A DNA stretch of 64,000 nt, from contig JAYWIR010000031.1 in NCBI GenBank assembly GCA_036172245.1, positions 1,364,001-1,428,000 on the forward strand, read 5' to 3'. The notes below the pieces were generated by a model. That model was not told where the DNA came from. It worked only from the letters and a program-made list of their open reading frames with translations, and ran no database searches. This document shows positions 29,741 to 42,688 of the stretch, piece after piece; position 1 is the stretch's first letter; each line of letters starts with the position of its first letter. The stretch comes from Raillietiella orientalis (Eukaryota). A program made the translations under genes and the position numbers.

Positions 29741-30439
29741 AGCTAAAATCCTACTTCTTCCTACTACTCCGCTCCGCTTCCAATCGGCAGGCAATGCGGT
29801 CGTGTCTGTCGATGGGACTGGGGCAGGGCAGAGACAGGTCGTGATGATGGGTGCAAGACGTAGGGTGTTTCGTTCCGTGCACGTCAACGCTGCCACCTGC
29901 AGCGCTCCAACTCACCCGCGTTGCTGCAGTCGTCGAAGCTGCCTAACGAATGGAATCTGTCTTTTCAAATTCTTGGAAAACGCATAGAAGGCTGCAAACA
30001 CGTTTACAAACGATGTGGCTTTCGAAACTTTGACGGAAATTTTTGAAATTTGGCAATGGGGGAGGTCAGGAACTCCGGTCAAGACCCAGCGGGTGGACTG
30101 AGAGCAGGTACGCGTTTTGTTCCGTAGAAACCATTTGTTTTTTGCTCAAGGAAGGATTGAACGTTCGCAAATACCAATAGCTGGAGGGATCATAATTTTG
30201 CTCCGAAGGTACAGGCAATTTCCAAAGAATTTACCACAAGGCATGTCGAAGCGCACCCTCGTACCAGTCTGATGCGTTCCAACGATACATCCTGGAAGCT
30301 GTTTCCAAAAGATGAGTTTGTCGGGTGAAAGAGAATGAGGGTTTTCGCGGTGTGACGCACTTGTACGCACGGGCACACGAAACCGTAATTGGTTCGTCCT
30401 CACCTGTGAACCATGTAAACTAAGATTACACATTAACAT

Positions 30440-30980
30440 ATGACCACATGTATATCTTTATCTATATGTGTGTCCATATATACGTGTACATCTGTATGTA
30501 TATCTATATCTGTATGCATACCTATACGTGTATGTACATCTATTTGTATACGTATCTGTATATCTATGTATGGAAGTATTTGTATATCCATACGTATATG
30601 TATTTCTATGTGTACATGTATATGCTTATCTATATCGACATCTTCGTCTACATCCAAATGTATATCTACATCTATATTTCCATCTATCTGTAGACATCTA
30701 TATCCTATTATCTACACGTATCCTTATGTGTGTATATGTTTCGATAGATAGACGGATGGATAGGTACTGTTATATAGATATAGGTGGATACGTATAGACG
30801 GATAGGTATGAATAGATAGATACATAGAAAAACACGTATATGAAAACATACGTACAGAGAGAGACATAGATAGAAAAATAAAGATGGATATAGATATATA
30901 GATGTAGGAATTGATAGATAGATGTAGATTGTTGGATGGATAGAACGATAGACAGATGATATGGGTTCAGAGATAGACGA
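30440..30980. repeat. Degenerate compound microsatellite: (TATC/TATA/TGTA)-rich half followed by a (GATA/TAGA)-rich half
   Basis: Directly visible low-complexity tract with a polarity switch at about 30742. Confidence 0.9.
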
Positions 30981-32509
30981 ATATTGTGGACCTCAAAAAA
31001 ATGAAAACGCATGCTTCTGATCTTCTGATCTACTTTTGAAGAGCGAGCCAGTTTTGCGGTGCTTAGAACTTTTCTGACAAGTCAGCGTGACCTCTCCAGC
31101 TGAAACCACAAGGATTCAGAAGAAACGGAGAAGGGATGCAGAGCTTTATCCTCCGGGTATGACAACTTGCAAGGGTGTAAGGGAATATCAACGTCGCATG
31201 ACTCGATTCTGTTCTAAAGCAATTTCTAGAGTTCAGCAGTGCGCAGAGCATTCGTTCGAGTGACCGAGGCCACGTGTTGACTGAAGAACATAAGCTAAGG
31301 AATCAGTGGGGGGGTTGCATTGACCATAAAGTTCAGACCTCTATGAGAGCATCAATATCGGCATCGCTATTATCAAGCTATTATCAGTTGTCGTCCAGGC
31401 AGGGAAGAACCTGCGGGTAGAGTAAATCCTGGACTCCTGCTTTGGGTTATACCATTGCAAGGAACGAGTTCATCTCAAAGAAATCATCACAGCACAAAGG
31501 AGGGTATGGAAGGTTGGCTCCAGGACTTCTTCGGTTATTTTTAATTATATGCATTGCTGCTGACGTGCACAGACTCTCTTGTGAGGCAGTCTTTTTTTTT
31601 TATGTGGCGCAAGAAACTTATCGACTCCTTCCCTCCCCACCCCATTCGTCGAATTTCGAAAGCAGTCAAAACTCTGCTCCTGAAGTTTCCGATCCTCACT
31701 GAATCTGTCTATGTTTCTGATCTCGTTCGAAACTGCGATTCTTTCGAAGTTCCTCTCTTCGCATTCATCCTGAAGGATCCTGTTGCGTACCAAGGGGTGC
31801 ACCCCCCTCCCCCTATTCGGACGGAATGCAGCAACGCAACTGCGTCCCAAAACTAAGCTCCATAGCTTTCGTGTGATTTACCGTATCCGCAGAGCAATGT
31901 GTGACACTTTCGCTGATTTCGTGCACACTTCGTACATTCGAGACGATAGCTGCTTTGGAACAAAGCTATCATAAGATCATGAAGCTGCTCGACCAGTCCT
32001 TCCGCAGCACTCAATGAAGCTGATGGCATGGGAGTCATCATTTATTCTCAGTCCAACTAAGCAAATGGCAAAGAAAACAAATGAATTTGATGTTTTTTTT
32101 TCCATAACTGAAAAAATAAAATAAAATACAGCAGCAAGTGCAAATCATATAGAAACGGAACTTCTTGCATTACGTATTGAAGAAGAATCGTTCTCGTGAG
32201 CGTACATTCCAAATTCTGTGGCACTCAAAAATGCAGTTATGTTTTTGTTTTTCTATTCATCTGTTCCCCCCCCCCCATTTTCAAGTGATAACTTTTGAAG
32301 GAGGAAAAAGGCGTGCTTTTGCTTTCTTGCAAGTACATTTAGCAAAAGTGCCCTGTCGAGCTCAAACGAATGCTCACCAACAACTTATAGGAAGGTTTGA
32401 ATGTGGATTGAGTGTGGGTGTGTGCAATGAACAATTTCCGCCAATTAATGCTTTACTTCATGAATTTTTCATTTAAATTGCTAATGAATATGAAGCTCGT
32501 GAGGTGAGC

Positions 32510-32580
32510 AATTCGCGTTTGTTGAATTCGAATTTTCGTAATTCCGAATTTTCGAGAATTCGAATATTGGAATTTTCGAG
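32510..32580. repeat. Short tandem GAATT(TT)CG array containing a perfect three-unit heat-shock-element match
   Basis: gaattcgaattttcgtaattccgaattttcgagaattcgaatattggaattttcgag; cGAAt-tTTCg-aGAAt at 32545-32559. Confidence 0.6.
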
Positions 32581-32637
32581 GTGGCCGTTACGAGCCAACG
32601 AAGGTTCTGTTAGCAAGCAGAAGGCAGAAGCAGAACC

Positions 32638-34307
32638 ATGCAGAAGCCGTCCAGGGCGGCGACCGCCTCCAAACAGGTCCAGAAGGATCCGAAACAGGAA
32701 CGCAGCTTCGAAAACCGGTGGTTCCACTTGATGCACAACTTCACGAGGTAGGTAGGGGGAGTGGCGGAGGAGGAGAGGAGGAAGGGAGGAGTCCCTCCCG
32801 CTCCCCGTCTCGCGGGACCGCCTCTTGCTCGAGGGAAAGTCCCGATGCAGGTGGAAGGACCCCGCGGACGGCTTCCGGAAGGAGAGGAACCCGGTCAAGT
32901 CCGACAGCGACTCGGACACCATTCCCGAGATTCTGCCCGTGCGGACGAGGGCAGCCCGCAGGCCAAACACGGGCGGGCACTTCACCGCGGGCTTCTCGGG
33001 CAGCAAGCAGGTCCCCGATCTGAAGCCCGTGGCAGCAACCCAAAAGAAAGGAGACTCGCTGCTGCCCAGGAACCGGAGTTACCGCTCAAGGGACGTGGGC
33101 CGGCTGATGAGCCACCTGAACGAGCTCTCCAAGGGGATGCTGCCGCTGTACTCGTTCTGGAAGAGTGGCCTCTGCGTAGCCAAGGGCTCCGACCCCGTGA
33201 TCGAGGGCGTCCGCCACAAGATCGAGGGGATCTGCAGCAGCATCAGCTGCTGTCTGCAGAAGAAACCCAAATACGGGGACTGCCCGAACAACTACATGGA
33301 AATATTTTACGACCACGGAAGCGTCCTCATGGGGAACATCTCCAACAGCCTCCGCAACCTGCAGCTTTACTGCTCCCAGCCCTCCTCCCACCACAAGGAG
33401 GCGGACCCCAAGGCCATGCTGGAATGCCGCCAGATATGGGGGATGCTCCTCATGTTCTTCGTGCAGTTCTGGAACAAGGATATCAGGAAACCCTGCAGCT
33501 TCTGGGACGCCTGGTCCCTGGCTACCATACCCACGCGGCACCAGACCTACCAGCAGTTCAGTGAGTGTGCTGGGAGGGGCTCGAGCAACGCGCAGGGACG
33601 GGAGCGGCCACCGGAGGCGCTTGCGGCTGCGTGGCCCGATTTCCCTCGTCCTTCTTTGGCTCGCCAGCGCCTCCCGGTGTGGGTCTCCGAAAGGGAAAAG
33701 AGAGAAGTCTCCAGAATTGTCCGAGCCTTTCCTTTAGGAACTATTCCACGAGGAGACCCGGAGGGGAAAGCAGGCTGGCGAGGGTCTGAGCTGATTCTCG
33801 GAAAGGGGTCGTGGCGCCTTGCTTTTCCCGTCCCCTCGGCGTTGAAGGGCGTGCCGGCGAGCGCTCGGATAAGGAGAAGAGGAACTGGGGCCTCCTCGAG
33901 GGGAGAGAGGCTTCCTTCCCCACGCGCGGCCAGGGGAAGGTTCGTTCCCTTCGCGCCCGCTGCTGCCACCCGCCGGCTGGTCCGGAGGTTCCACCCGGAA
34001 GTAAACTCACTTCCGGGTAGAACCTTTCCCTTCCCCCTTTCTCAGAAGGATAGAGGGGGGGTGGAGTCGGAACAGGGAAAGGGTGCGGCAGCCCATGGTG
34101 GTCTCCTCCTCCTCCTCCGCTTCCGGAGCAGCAGCCGGCAAACGTTCTCTGCTTCCAGTGAAGACGTCCTCGGCCATGGTGACGTGGCTCAGCTCCAGCT
34201 CCGATGACCAGGGAAAAATCGCCGCCGCCCTAGAGAGCCTGGCCGAGTACGGCAAGGCCATGATGGGAACGGTGGCCTTGGAAGAAACGGAGACCTTGCC
34301 GGAGTGA
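32638..34307 (+). CDS. Uncharacterised GC-rich gene, about 322 aa; predicted exons 32638-32747, 32851-33560, 34159-34307
   Basis: ACCATG start. The AG|GTAGGT donor joins GCAG|G in frame to the long ORF 32825-34207, and the A|GTGAGT donor joins CTCTGCTTCCAG|TG in frame. Predicted exons have strongly G/C-ending codons. No family recognised; the last exon is less certain. Confidence 0.65.
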
Positions 34308-36641
34308 CCTCCCAGAATGGCTGTCGCTCCCAGAACTGGCAGCTCCAAGGAGCAAGACGCAGTTCACCGGGTCAGAAGCACCACCAAGAGCGGCCTCTGC
34401 GTAGCCAAGGACGCCGAGGGCACCCGACACAAGATCGAGGGGATCAATCGGTCCCTTATTGTGATCTCATTAAATGTTTTCCGTGCACTTCGATTTAACT
34501 TCATTCTGCTAACCCTGTTGCCCCATTAGTGATTTTGCAATCCCATCAGTCTTTATGTTTTACAGGCAGCTAGGAACTGGATATTATGTGTTCCCCCTTT
34601 TCCTGGTTTTGACTTTATCTGTCTTGAATGATCTGTCTGCTCTTTAACCAACTTGGCGACTTCCACGGAAGATTTTCCGTAGATTTTTGATTTTGAAGAC
34701 AGTTCTTAACTGAAAGTGCTCCATCGGCACGCATAATTAATAGCATGCGTCACATAGCATACTGTTGACCGTCTCTGCATCCTTGTTTCATTTGACCAAC
34801 TTTTTCGTGATACTAGGTGCATAAGATGAGTTTCCAAGTATGAGCTTCTTACGTAAAAGGTTACTGCTAAAAGCATCCTTCCGTGATGAGTTTTCCTCAT
34901 CGGTGACAAAGTTCCACAAGACAGAGGAGTCGCTTTCGTCTAATCCATCGCAGCTCATTTGCATTTTTGAATGCAACCATGCATGATCAAAGTAAACGAA
35001 GCCTCCCGATATTTTGCAAGGTCTTTACTGTCATCGTTTGTTCATTCAATCCCACAACTTTTTGCTGTTTGCAAATGTTATCCTGTGCCAAAACTGACTC
35101 CAGATCTGTGTTCTCTAATTACAAACCACTTCGAATGAGCAATTGCTGAGATCCTTAGCTTTTCGTCTGAGATCTCAAGTGCTAGCAATTTCAGTCTTTG
35201 GTTCCACTGCGAGAGCATGTTTGGTGTGATGACCTAATGTTCTTTCTCATATGATGGTTTCTCATCTTGTTTCGACCACAGAACGTTGGGATGTTGTAGA
35301 AGTCGAACTCTTGCAGTGGAATATTCAACGGTGCTTCTTTATGTTCTCTGGTTCTTAATTGGTGTACATGAGGTATTGCTGCTGATTCTTAACTTCTTTT
35401 CTTCTCATCTCTGATCTAATGGCGGAGCTTGATTCGAATATTACTGTACAAACGAACGTTCTCGTTGCTTTCCTCTGTGCGAGTGTGCAAGCGTTTACAA
35501 TACAACTGCTGTATATCCACCGGTTCCAGACACAGAGATGAAATGAGGAACAGACATGGAATGGTACATTTTAATGTGAGCTATTTTTCACTGTTGGAGA
35601 GAACAGGTTGGAATCTTTTCCATAACGTTGTCATCTGAAATTTCCATATGAAACTTTAACTTTTTGACTGAACTCCAGACGTAATGTTTGAAATTTGCTA
35701 TTGAAAGCGAGAGAAGCATGCTTCACCCTTAAGCAGAACGAAAACCACTGTTTGTCCAAGAAAAACAAGAAATCTTGAAAAATCCCCATGTACAGAAATC
35801 AAAGCATGCCTCTGGATATCTGGAGATCTGTTTTTCACACTTTCTAGACCTTGATCAAGAAACTCCCAGTGAAGGAATGCTTTTGTTTCTTTGGAAATCT
35901 TGAAAGGATATTTTTCAATAATTTCAAAGATGAGAATCCCAAATTTTTTGATCTAAGATCATATGGAAATAAGCATTGTGACAAAAATGTTTACCAATAT
36001 GAAGCCAAAGTCCCAATCCTTGGGGCATACAAAGAGATCCCTTTTTTTGGATCATGCAATTATTCTGGGTTTACTAACAGAATTTTATTCAGAATTATGA
36101 AATATTTCTTATAGTTTTAGGTTGGAGTTATCTGTCCATCGAGGATACTATAGGAAAAAGAATTAAATGAATTTCCTTTTACTCGCATCTCTATTCATAT
36201 ATATTGGTAGTGTCAATTAGATAAAGTGAAAATACATTCGAATGAATAATGTTATATTAAAAATGTGAAGAAAAAATGGAGAAAGCAATACATAGTTCTG
36301 CTTTATTGTGAGTTCTAGTATGTGCTTAGGAGTAAGAAAAATATCTCTGGATGGGGAAACATTGTGTTGGTTATTGAATCTACTACCTGGAATTTTGAAA
36401 ACTCACTTCTCATACGATGGTTGGTAATATTTTTATAAAATATTGAATCTTTATTCATGAGGTACCCGCTTCCTTAGTTTGATTAAATAAAGACTTTCGA
36501 TTTTAGAATGTTTCAATCTGGCAATCCTTATGAGAGTTCTGCTCGCCCTCATAGGGTACGGATGCAGGCGAAGTGAATGAATTGTACAGGGTTTCTGTTG
36601 GAGTAAAGCTGCTAAAAGTTTAGTGAAAACAACTGAATCAA

Positions 36642-37919
36642 ATGAAAGACCCCGATGTTCTGAGCTGGTCTCCTTTTCTAAAGAAATATGACCCTTTGAA
36701 AGCAGGAAGTATCGATGGTACTGATAAGGTACCACACGATAATGGAGTATGCAGAGCAATGAATTCATTTTATGAACCCAATAGTGCTATCAAAACTGAC
36801 CCATATTGTACCATTTTTGTGTCAAGACTGAATCGTACTGTGACCGAAAATGATTTGCACGAGGTATAGCATATTCTGGCTTTCGCAATTATGCTTGGAA
36901 GCCTTTTCCAATTAATTAAAGTATGCAAGTTGTAATCAGATTTGTAAGTTTCCTGTTTGGTTGTCCGGTCACTTAAAAAAAATTGGCCGAAATATGGAAC
37001 TCGAAAGAACTTGAAAGAGAATCGTGGGCCGACAAATAGTTGGTTAACCCCAGTAAATATTAAATATTTGGAATGTGGGCTTATTTTTTGCTTGCCTAAA
37101 CCACAGGAGCGGAAGACTCAAATAGGTGGTCATTTAGAATATGCTGTGTAACGTTTCAATTAACAAAGAAAATAAATTGTAAATCATAAACTGAAAATCA
37201 CAGGAATTAAAATTTATTTCATCTCAGTTTTTTAGAAAGTATGGCCATATCAAAACATGCACTTTAGTAAGAGATATTGCAACTGGGTTTTCCAAGTGCT
37301 ATGGATTCATCGAGTATGAAACTAAGCATGAAGCTAGAACTGCATATTGTCATGCACACAAGAAGGAAATTCAAGGGAAGACAATTTTTGTTGATTTTGA
37401 ATGTGGAAGAACAATGCCGGGGTGGATACCACGTAGACTAGGTAATACTTTAAGGAATTCTCATATATGATGAGTCTCAGTTATTAATAGTTACTAGCAT
37501 CATTGAATCTTGAAATACATAATGTTTAACAATTTATTGTGTTTCTTGTAGCTCATGTTGGGTGTTAAGTTATAGTTTGTGTATATTATGTTAGTTAATT
37601 ATGTGAGAATCACGAGCTGAAAGTTAGGTGCCTTAATAATGCATTTTCCCTGTACTCAATCACTGAATTGGACTGTGGTAGGTATTTTAATTTTAATGAT
37701 ATATGTATCAAACCATCCATATAACTATAAGTGTTTAATGACAGTATTTTGTGTGTTTACATTGATTTTTAAATAATTATAGGAGGTGGATTCGGTGGAA
37801 AAAAAGAATCAGGACAATTGCGATTTGGAGGAAGAGATAAACCATTCAAAAAACCAATTATATTAGAACGTCACTCGTATACACAGAAAACAAAACACTC
37901 AAAACATGAATATCATTGA
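36642..37919 (+). CDS. SNRNP35: U11/U12 snRNP 35 kDa protein, 190 aa; exons 36642-36863, 37228-37441, 37783-37919
   Basis: [81 protein letters not shown]. Junctions are GT-AG and in frame. Confidence 0.95.
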
Positions 37920-40699
37920 TGTTTTGGTTGTGCCCATTGTTAGAAACCTTGTTCAAGAATATTTGGGCATAATTGTTGAGAGTAATGGCCTAGTCAATGA
38001 TTGAAGTCATATTTAATGGACTGCAGTTATAATGAGGGGAAAGCTGTGTAGTAATTTTTTTTGTTTATGCCATAGTACTTTCCCCATCTGAAGTTTTTAA
38101 AAGACCTGTGAATATGTGTTACTTTATTAAACACTTATCACTTATGTGGCATTTTTTTTTGTTTGTTTGTTTTTTACAGTAGTTAATTTTTACTAACACT
38201 GTTTCTAAAATAATGCATTTTAAAAATCAAGAATGCGTCGTTTTTAATGCGAATTGATATACTTTATTTTCCAGTAATCTTGCTTCAATGCGTTTTCTAC
38301 ATTTTTAGTGTAATTTCATTGACAACTTTAGCAGTTAACGTTTTTAGTTTCCTGAAAATGTGTTTTTATTGAAATCTGTTTGAAAGTGGCAGTAGTATTG
38401 ATGTCCCTTTTTACCAAAGAACAGTTAGACCACCTAATTGTATTCAAAGATTTTCCTTTGCAATGATGAGAGCTAGTCAAAAGTCATGATTTTAAAGTTA
38501 AAAAATTTAACATGATTTCCATGACTTTTGTCCATTTTTGTTGCTAATGGTAATTGAAAATGTTCAGTATTCTTGAAATCAGAATTCTCACAACACGTAC
38601 TGTTTAAGGTGATCTTTTGTTTTGATTTTTAGTTACACAACCTATTTTTGCAAGCTTTTTTTTTTATTAGTAAGCTTTCTGCAAATGAGGCATCACAAGA
38701 CATTTGTCAAAAGGTTATCTGAATAATTGAGTGCTAGAGTATTCTTGCTTGGTGTTGTGTCTATTCAGCCCATCAGAATATGGAACTAGGATATTCTTAG
38801 CGTTTTTTTTTTCTTTTGCATATTCAATGAAAGTCATGTTTTTTGCTTGCATACGAATTCGAAAATAAAGAAAATAAAGCATAGTGCTTGCAGTGGGATG
38901 CCTTATAGTGGCTGATTTCATGTTTTTAACCATCAGGTGACCCTGCAAAATCTAACATTCAGGAATCATTCTAAATATAATTGAGAAACCAAACAAGTAA
39001 ACAAAGTTATACTTATTAAATTTCTTGTACCTACATGATTGTACAATAGGTAGCAAGTTCTGGCTGTTATGAATATAAAAGAAACCCAAATTTTCTATTT
39101 GTGGTAATTTGCACAGTGGAAAATGAAGATGAAAATTTTAATGATAATTAAGGATAACATTCCATGAAATCAGGTGCTGCTTGTATTTCGGAATTTGTAA
39201 GAAAGCATATTTAATGCTGTTGATTGTATTCCTAATGAACTACTATGTGAAGAATGCACAAATTTGCAATGAGTTTTAATTCAACCTTGCAACCATTCCC
39301 TCAAAATAAAATTTGAAACATGAACTAAAACTTGTTTTTTGTATTTTCAAATCTTAATTGATTACATCAAAAGACTCAAATGGAAAGTTCACTTCAAGAA
39401 AAAAAAGTGGTAAGACTGATATAAAGAATGGTTATTAAAATTAATCATGATACTCTTTCCAAATCTCTATGGAAAATTTGTTTTTAAAATTTACTAGTTT
39501 CGGTTGCAAGAAATGCAACAACAGCACAAAGCAACAACAAAATTTGGGAAGGATACATGATGGGGCGTTAATGTCACCATTTGGAAGTCGATATTGGAAT
39601 CATTTATACATCTAAAATTTGAGGAAGAATAGCTGAATTATCAGTTAATACCGAGACTAAATATAATTTGTGGTTCTGGAATTCATCAATCACAGGTGCA
39701 AAGATGCAAATCACAGAATTGATTTTTTAAAAAAAATACTTGGTCTTGCTCTTCAGTTCTCATGGTCTTATAGATTTACCTGATAGACTTAAGTTATGTG
39801 TAATGACTTCCAAGTCCCAGAGCAAGCAGCATTTTTCCTGTATATTAGTCATTCTTGAGTATTTTTGACACCCAAGAATGTCTAACACTGTAATGTTTTT
39901 GGTGTTTTAGCACAATGTTTTCATAACTGATCGTCTACGTCTTTTCCAATTTATTAAATGGTGTGGCTGTTGAAATTCTTTTAAAGTGATCCATGTGGAA
40001 AAGCATCACCCTTTTGGAGGACATGCTGCAACAACTGGGCTGTGAAGTGTTCTCTTTTCTGTTTGTACAGATCACCCATCAAAATTGCAGACCAAAGCAA
40101 CCACGTTTTCTCTATCTGATCTAGTGCTTCAAAATCGCTTATCACATTTTGGGGTTCCATGTGCTTTTCTGTTGAACTTTCTATTTGAATTTTTACATCA
40201 ACGTGGTCCCACCCTTGAACTTTCTTTTCCCATCAGTCAGGTGATTCTCAGCCATTCTGTTCCCTACCTTCTTTCAAGTGCAAACAACGTATTAGTATCA
40301 GCTTCCACACTCAACTGGTTTTTCTGTTTCGCCTTCTTCCATGATATATCAAGTGCATATCATCTGAAGAAACAAGAAGTTATATGTGCACTCTGCCTTC
40401 ATAGTTACCTACGTACAGTACAAAAGACAGTGTCGGTTCATTATCATTAGCCTAGTGTTTGGAATGAAGGTCCTCTGCTTGACCTTCACATCCCTCATTG
40501 CCGGACCACCTATTTAATATATAAAATGAAATTTCTAATAAGCGGGGACGAAGTCTGAAACGAAATGGGGCGAAATCACCCTGGGGGCAGCACTAGGGAA
40601 GAGAGTGGAGCATGAGGAAGGAGATTCAATGAGTAAAGAGGTAAATAGAGGGTTGGATAGACCATCCTCATAGTGGTGCGCATGGTTCTCGAAGACCTG

Positions 40700-42000
40700 C
40701 GTTGAGCAGGATGGGAGAGGAGAACAAGTTGCGTTCACTGGTTTGCAGTTGATCTGAGACTTTCAGCACATCCAGTTTAGGACTCCACACAAGCACGCTG
40801 GCGATTGCGAATCGCTCCCTGGCTTAGCGTTCGCACTTCCTCCGTTTTTTGCGATCACTGCAGCTCACACGTGCAGGAAATCGAAGCAGCAGCTGCTAAG
40901 CTTGGAGAACTTGAGTGCTTTTACGATGCGCGGCCGTTCCTGCTGCAGCCTGACTCCTTCCGAAAGCACTTGCATAAAGGTTTCCACTGTTCCCAAGTAG
41001 AAACATGTCTTGGGAATCCCTTCCGCTGTGGTATGGTGGTGGTGTTTCCTCGTTTCGAAGTGACCTCAGTGCACCACGAAATAGCGGTGGGCTGGTAGGG
41101 AAGAGGCATGCTAATGGCATCGAGAAGAAAGCTCGGATCTCGATGTCTACTCGAGGAATTCCAAGAAATTCGATGCACCTTTGCGAGTCCACAGCTAGAT
41201 CTTTGGGCGGGTCTTCGGTTTCCAGTAGCGTTGTTCTCCATTGTGCTATGGACCTGGTAGTCTCTGCGATCTGGCTAGTTATCTCCCACCGCTTCAGGAT
41301 CATCCTCTTCTTTTTTCACTGGCGTAAGAGGTCCCACGTTGTGTTTTGACTGTTCTCGTAATGTGCTCTAAGAAGCAGACTCGTATCGTCCACGATCTCT
41401 CTGAGGACTCTTGAACGCTGGAGCTGTTCGTTGATGGCGATAGAACGCACTGTCAAGGACAAGCTCGAAACCATAGCGAGAGCGTGCGTAGAAGGAGCCA
41501 CAGCTAATGACCTGCCCCTTCTTGCACGACCTTTTTACTCTAGTCTCCAGCTTCACCTCGTTGTGTGGGTAGCCTATTGGTTACCTTGCTGGTTTCCTGA
41601 TTCTTCTTGCAAGAAGAATCAGGAAACTCCCTCGCCACTGCTGCCTTGTGTACCGTAAAGAGACTTCGAACCGCAGCAGCTGTCCTGTGCTACTTGTGCG
41701 GTCACCTCGGTGGCCCATAAACGGGAAGGTGCGGCAGCACCAAAGAGTTCAGGAAATCCAGCAACTTTCGGTCTCCTTTCAGGAAAGTGTAGTGATGCTA
41801 GCCGCTTCTAAAACCATGGAAACTGGAGGACTTCGAGGGCACTTTGTCTCCAGTAAGGGAGAAGCAGATTTCAAAGAGCGGAGGCAAGATTGGTCCCTAC
41901 AGAGATCCCAATCGGAAGGAAGCGCGTACGAAGGAAAACTCATGTTCTGCTGAATATTTTCTGCATCCAAAAAACTGCAACTCTCGGATCCAAAATGGGG
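40700..42000 (-). mobile_element. Decayed non-LTR retrotransposon RT (CR1/L2-group-like)
   Basis: Minus-strand motifs in order: SIAINE (cf. LFxIxINDL), EIVDDTSL (cf. YxDDTTL), KRMILK (cf. NxMxLN), CIEFLGIPRVD (cf. KFLGVxID), KALKFSKLSSC (cf. YxALIxSxLxYC). Confidence 0.5.
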
Positions 42001-42644
42001 ATCGTGCTGCATGAGTGTTCATTTCTGTGGTATCTCCCCCAGGGGAATTTTCAAAAATGTCGGCAGCAATAGCTCAGTGTAGCTTCTCATTACACCTCGG
42101 GTGCTGTTGTCAGTAAAGTAGATGTTCATCTCTTTTTCGAGGTTACATGCTAACTAGCATTACAGTAGTGGTGGACGGGCCCACCACTTTAAGGTGACTG
42201 TGAGATGGATTAATTTGTCCGTTTGTTCAGAATACACGTGTTTCATGGGCACGAAGATCCAGCTCCTGTATGGTATTGTAAACTCTTCGTCATAAGATTC
42301 CCGGCTACAAAGAGGTTAACTGAATGGCATTGCAAGAGTTCCTTTTATGGTGGTGCCGCACTTCGTTTCAGCATGAATATCAAAGCTCAAGATGATGCAC
42401 TGTGCAGGCCTCTCGTCTTTCTTGAAGGCAGATCCTTCAAGAGATTATGAGAGAAACCTGATCTTCACTAAAGTCATGACTAACAATTATTTCTTCTGTT
42501 TCATATTTGTAGTATTTGATTTGCATGTAGAAAATTTCATCAATATTTAGTTTCATTTCATTAAGATATATTTACTAATTAATCTTATGTAATGTAAATA
42601 TATTAATTCATTAGTTAATATTTAATTAACACACTTATATTATC

Positions 42645-42688
42645 ATATATATATATATATATACCAATATATATATATATATACCAAT
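42645..42688. repeat. (TA)n microsatellite duplicated with a CCAA spacer
   Basis: Two (AT)n-ACCAAT units in tandem within an AT-rich patch. Confidence 0.85.

Noticed and set aside
30433..31012. Several Y/I/C/V/D-rich ORFs
   Set aside because: Translations of the microsatellite, not genes.
32825..34207. 460-aa single-exon ORF from the ORF track
   Set aside because: It starts at a non-ATG codon inside a predicted intron, and codon bias collapses after the GTGAGT donor at 33561. A spliced model fits better.
37467..37620. C/D-box snoRNA candidate (ATGATGA..CTGA) in SNRNP35 intron 2
   Set aside because: No terminal stem or recognisable rRNA guide; such boxes arise by chance in AT-rich DNA.
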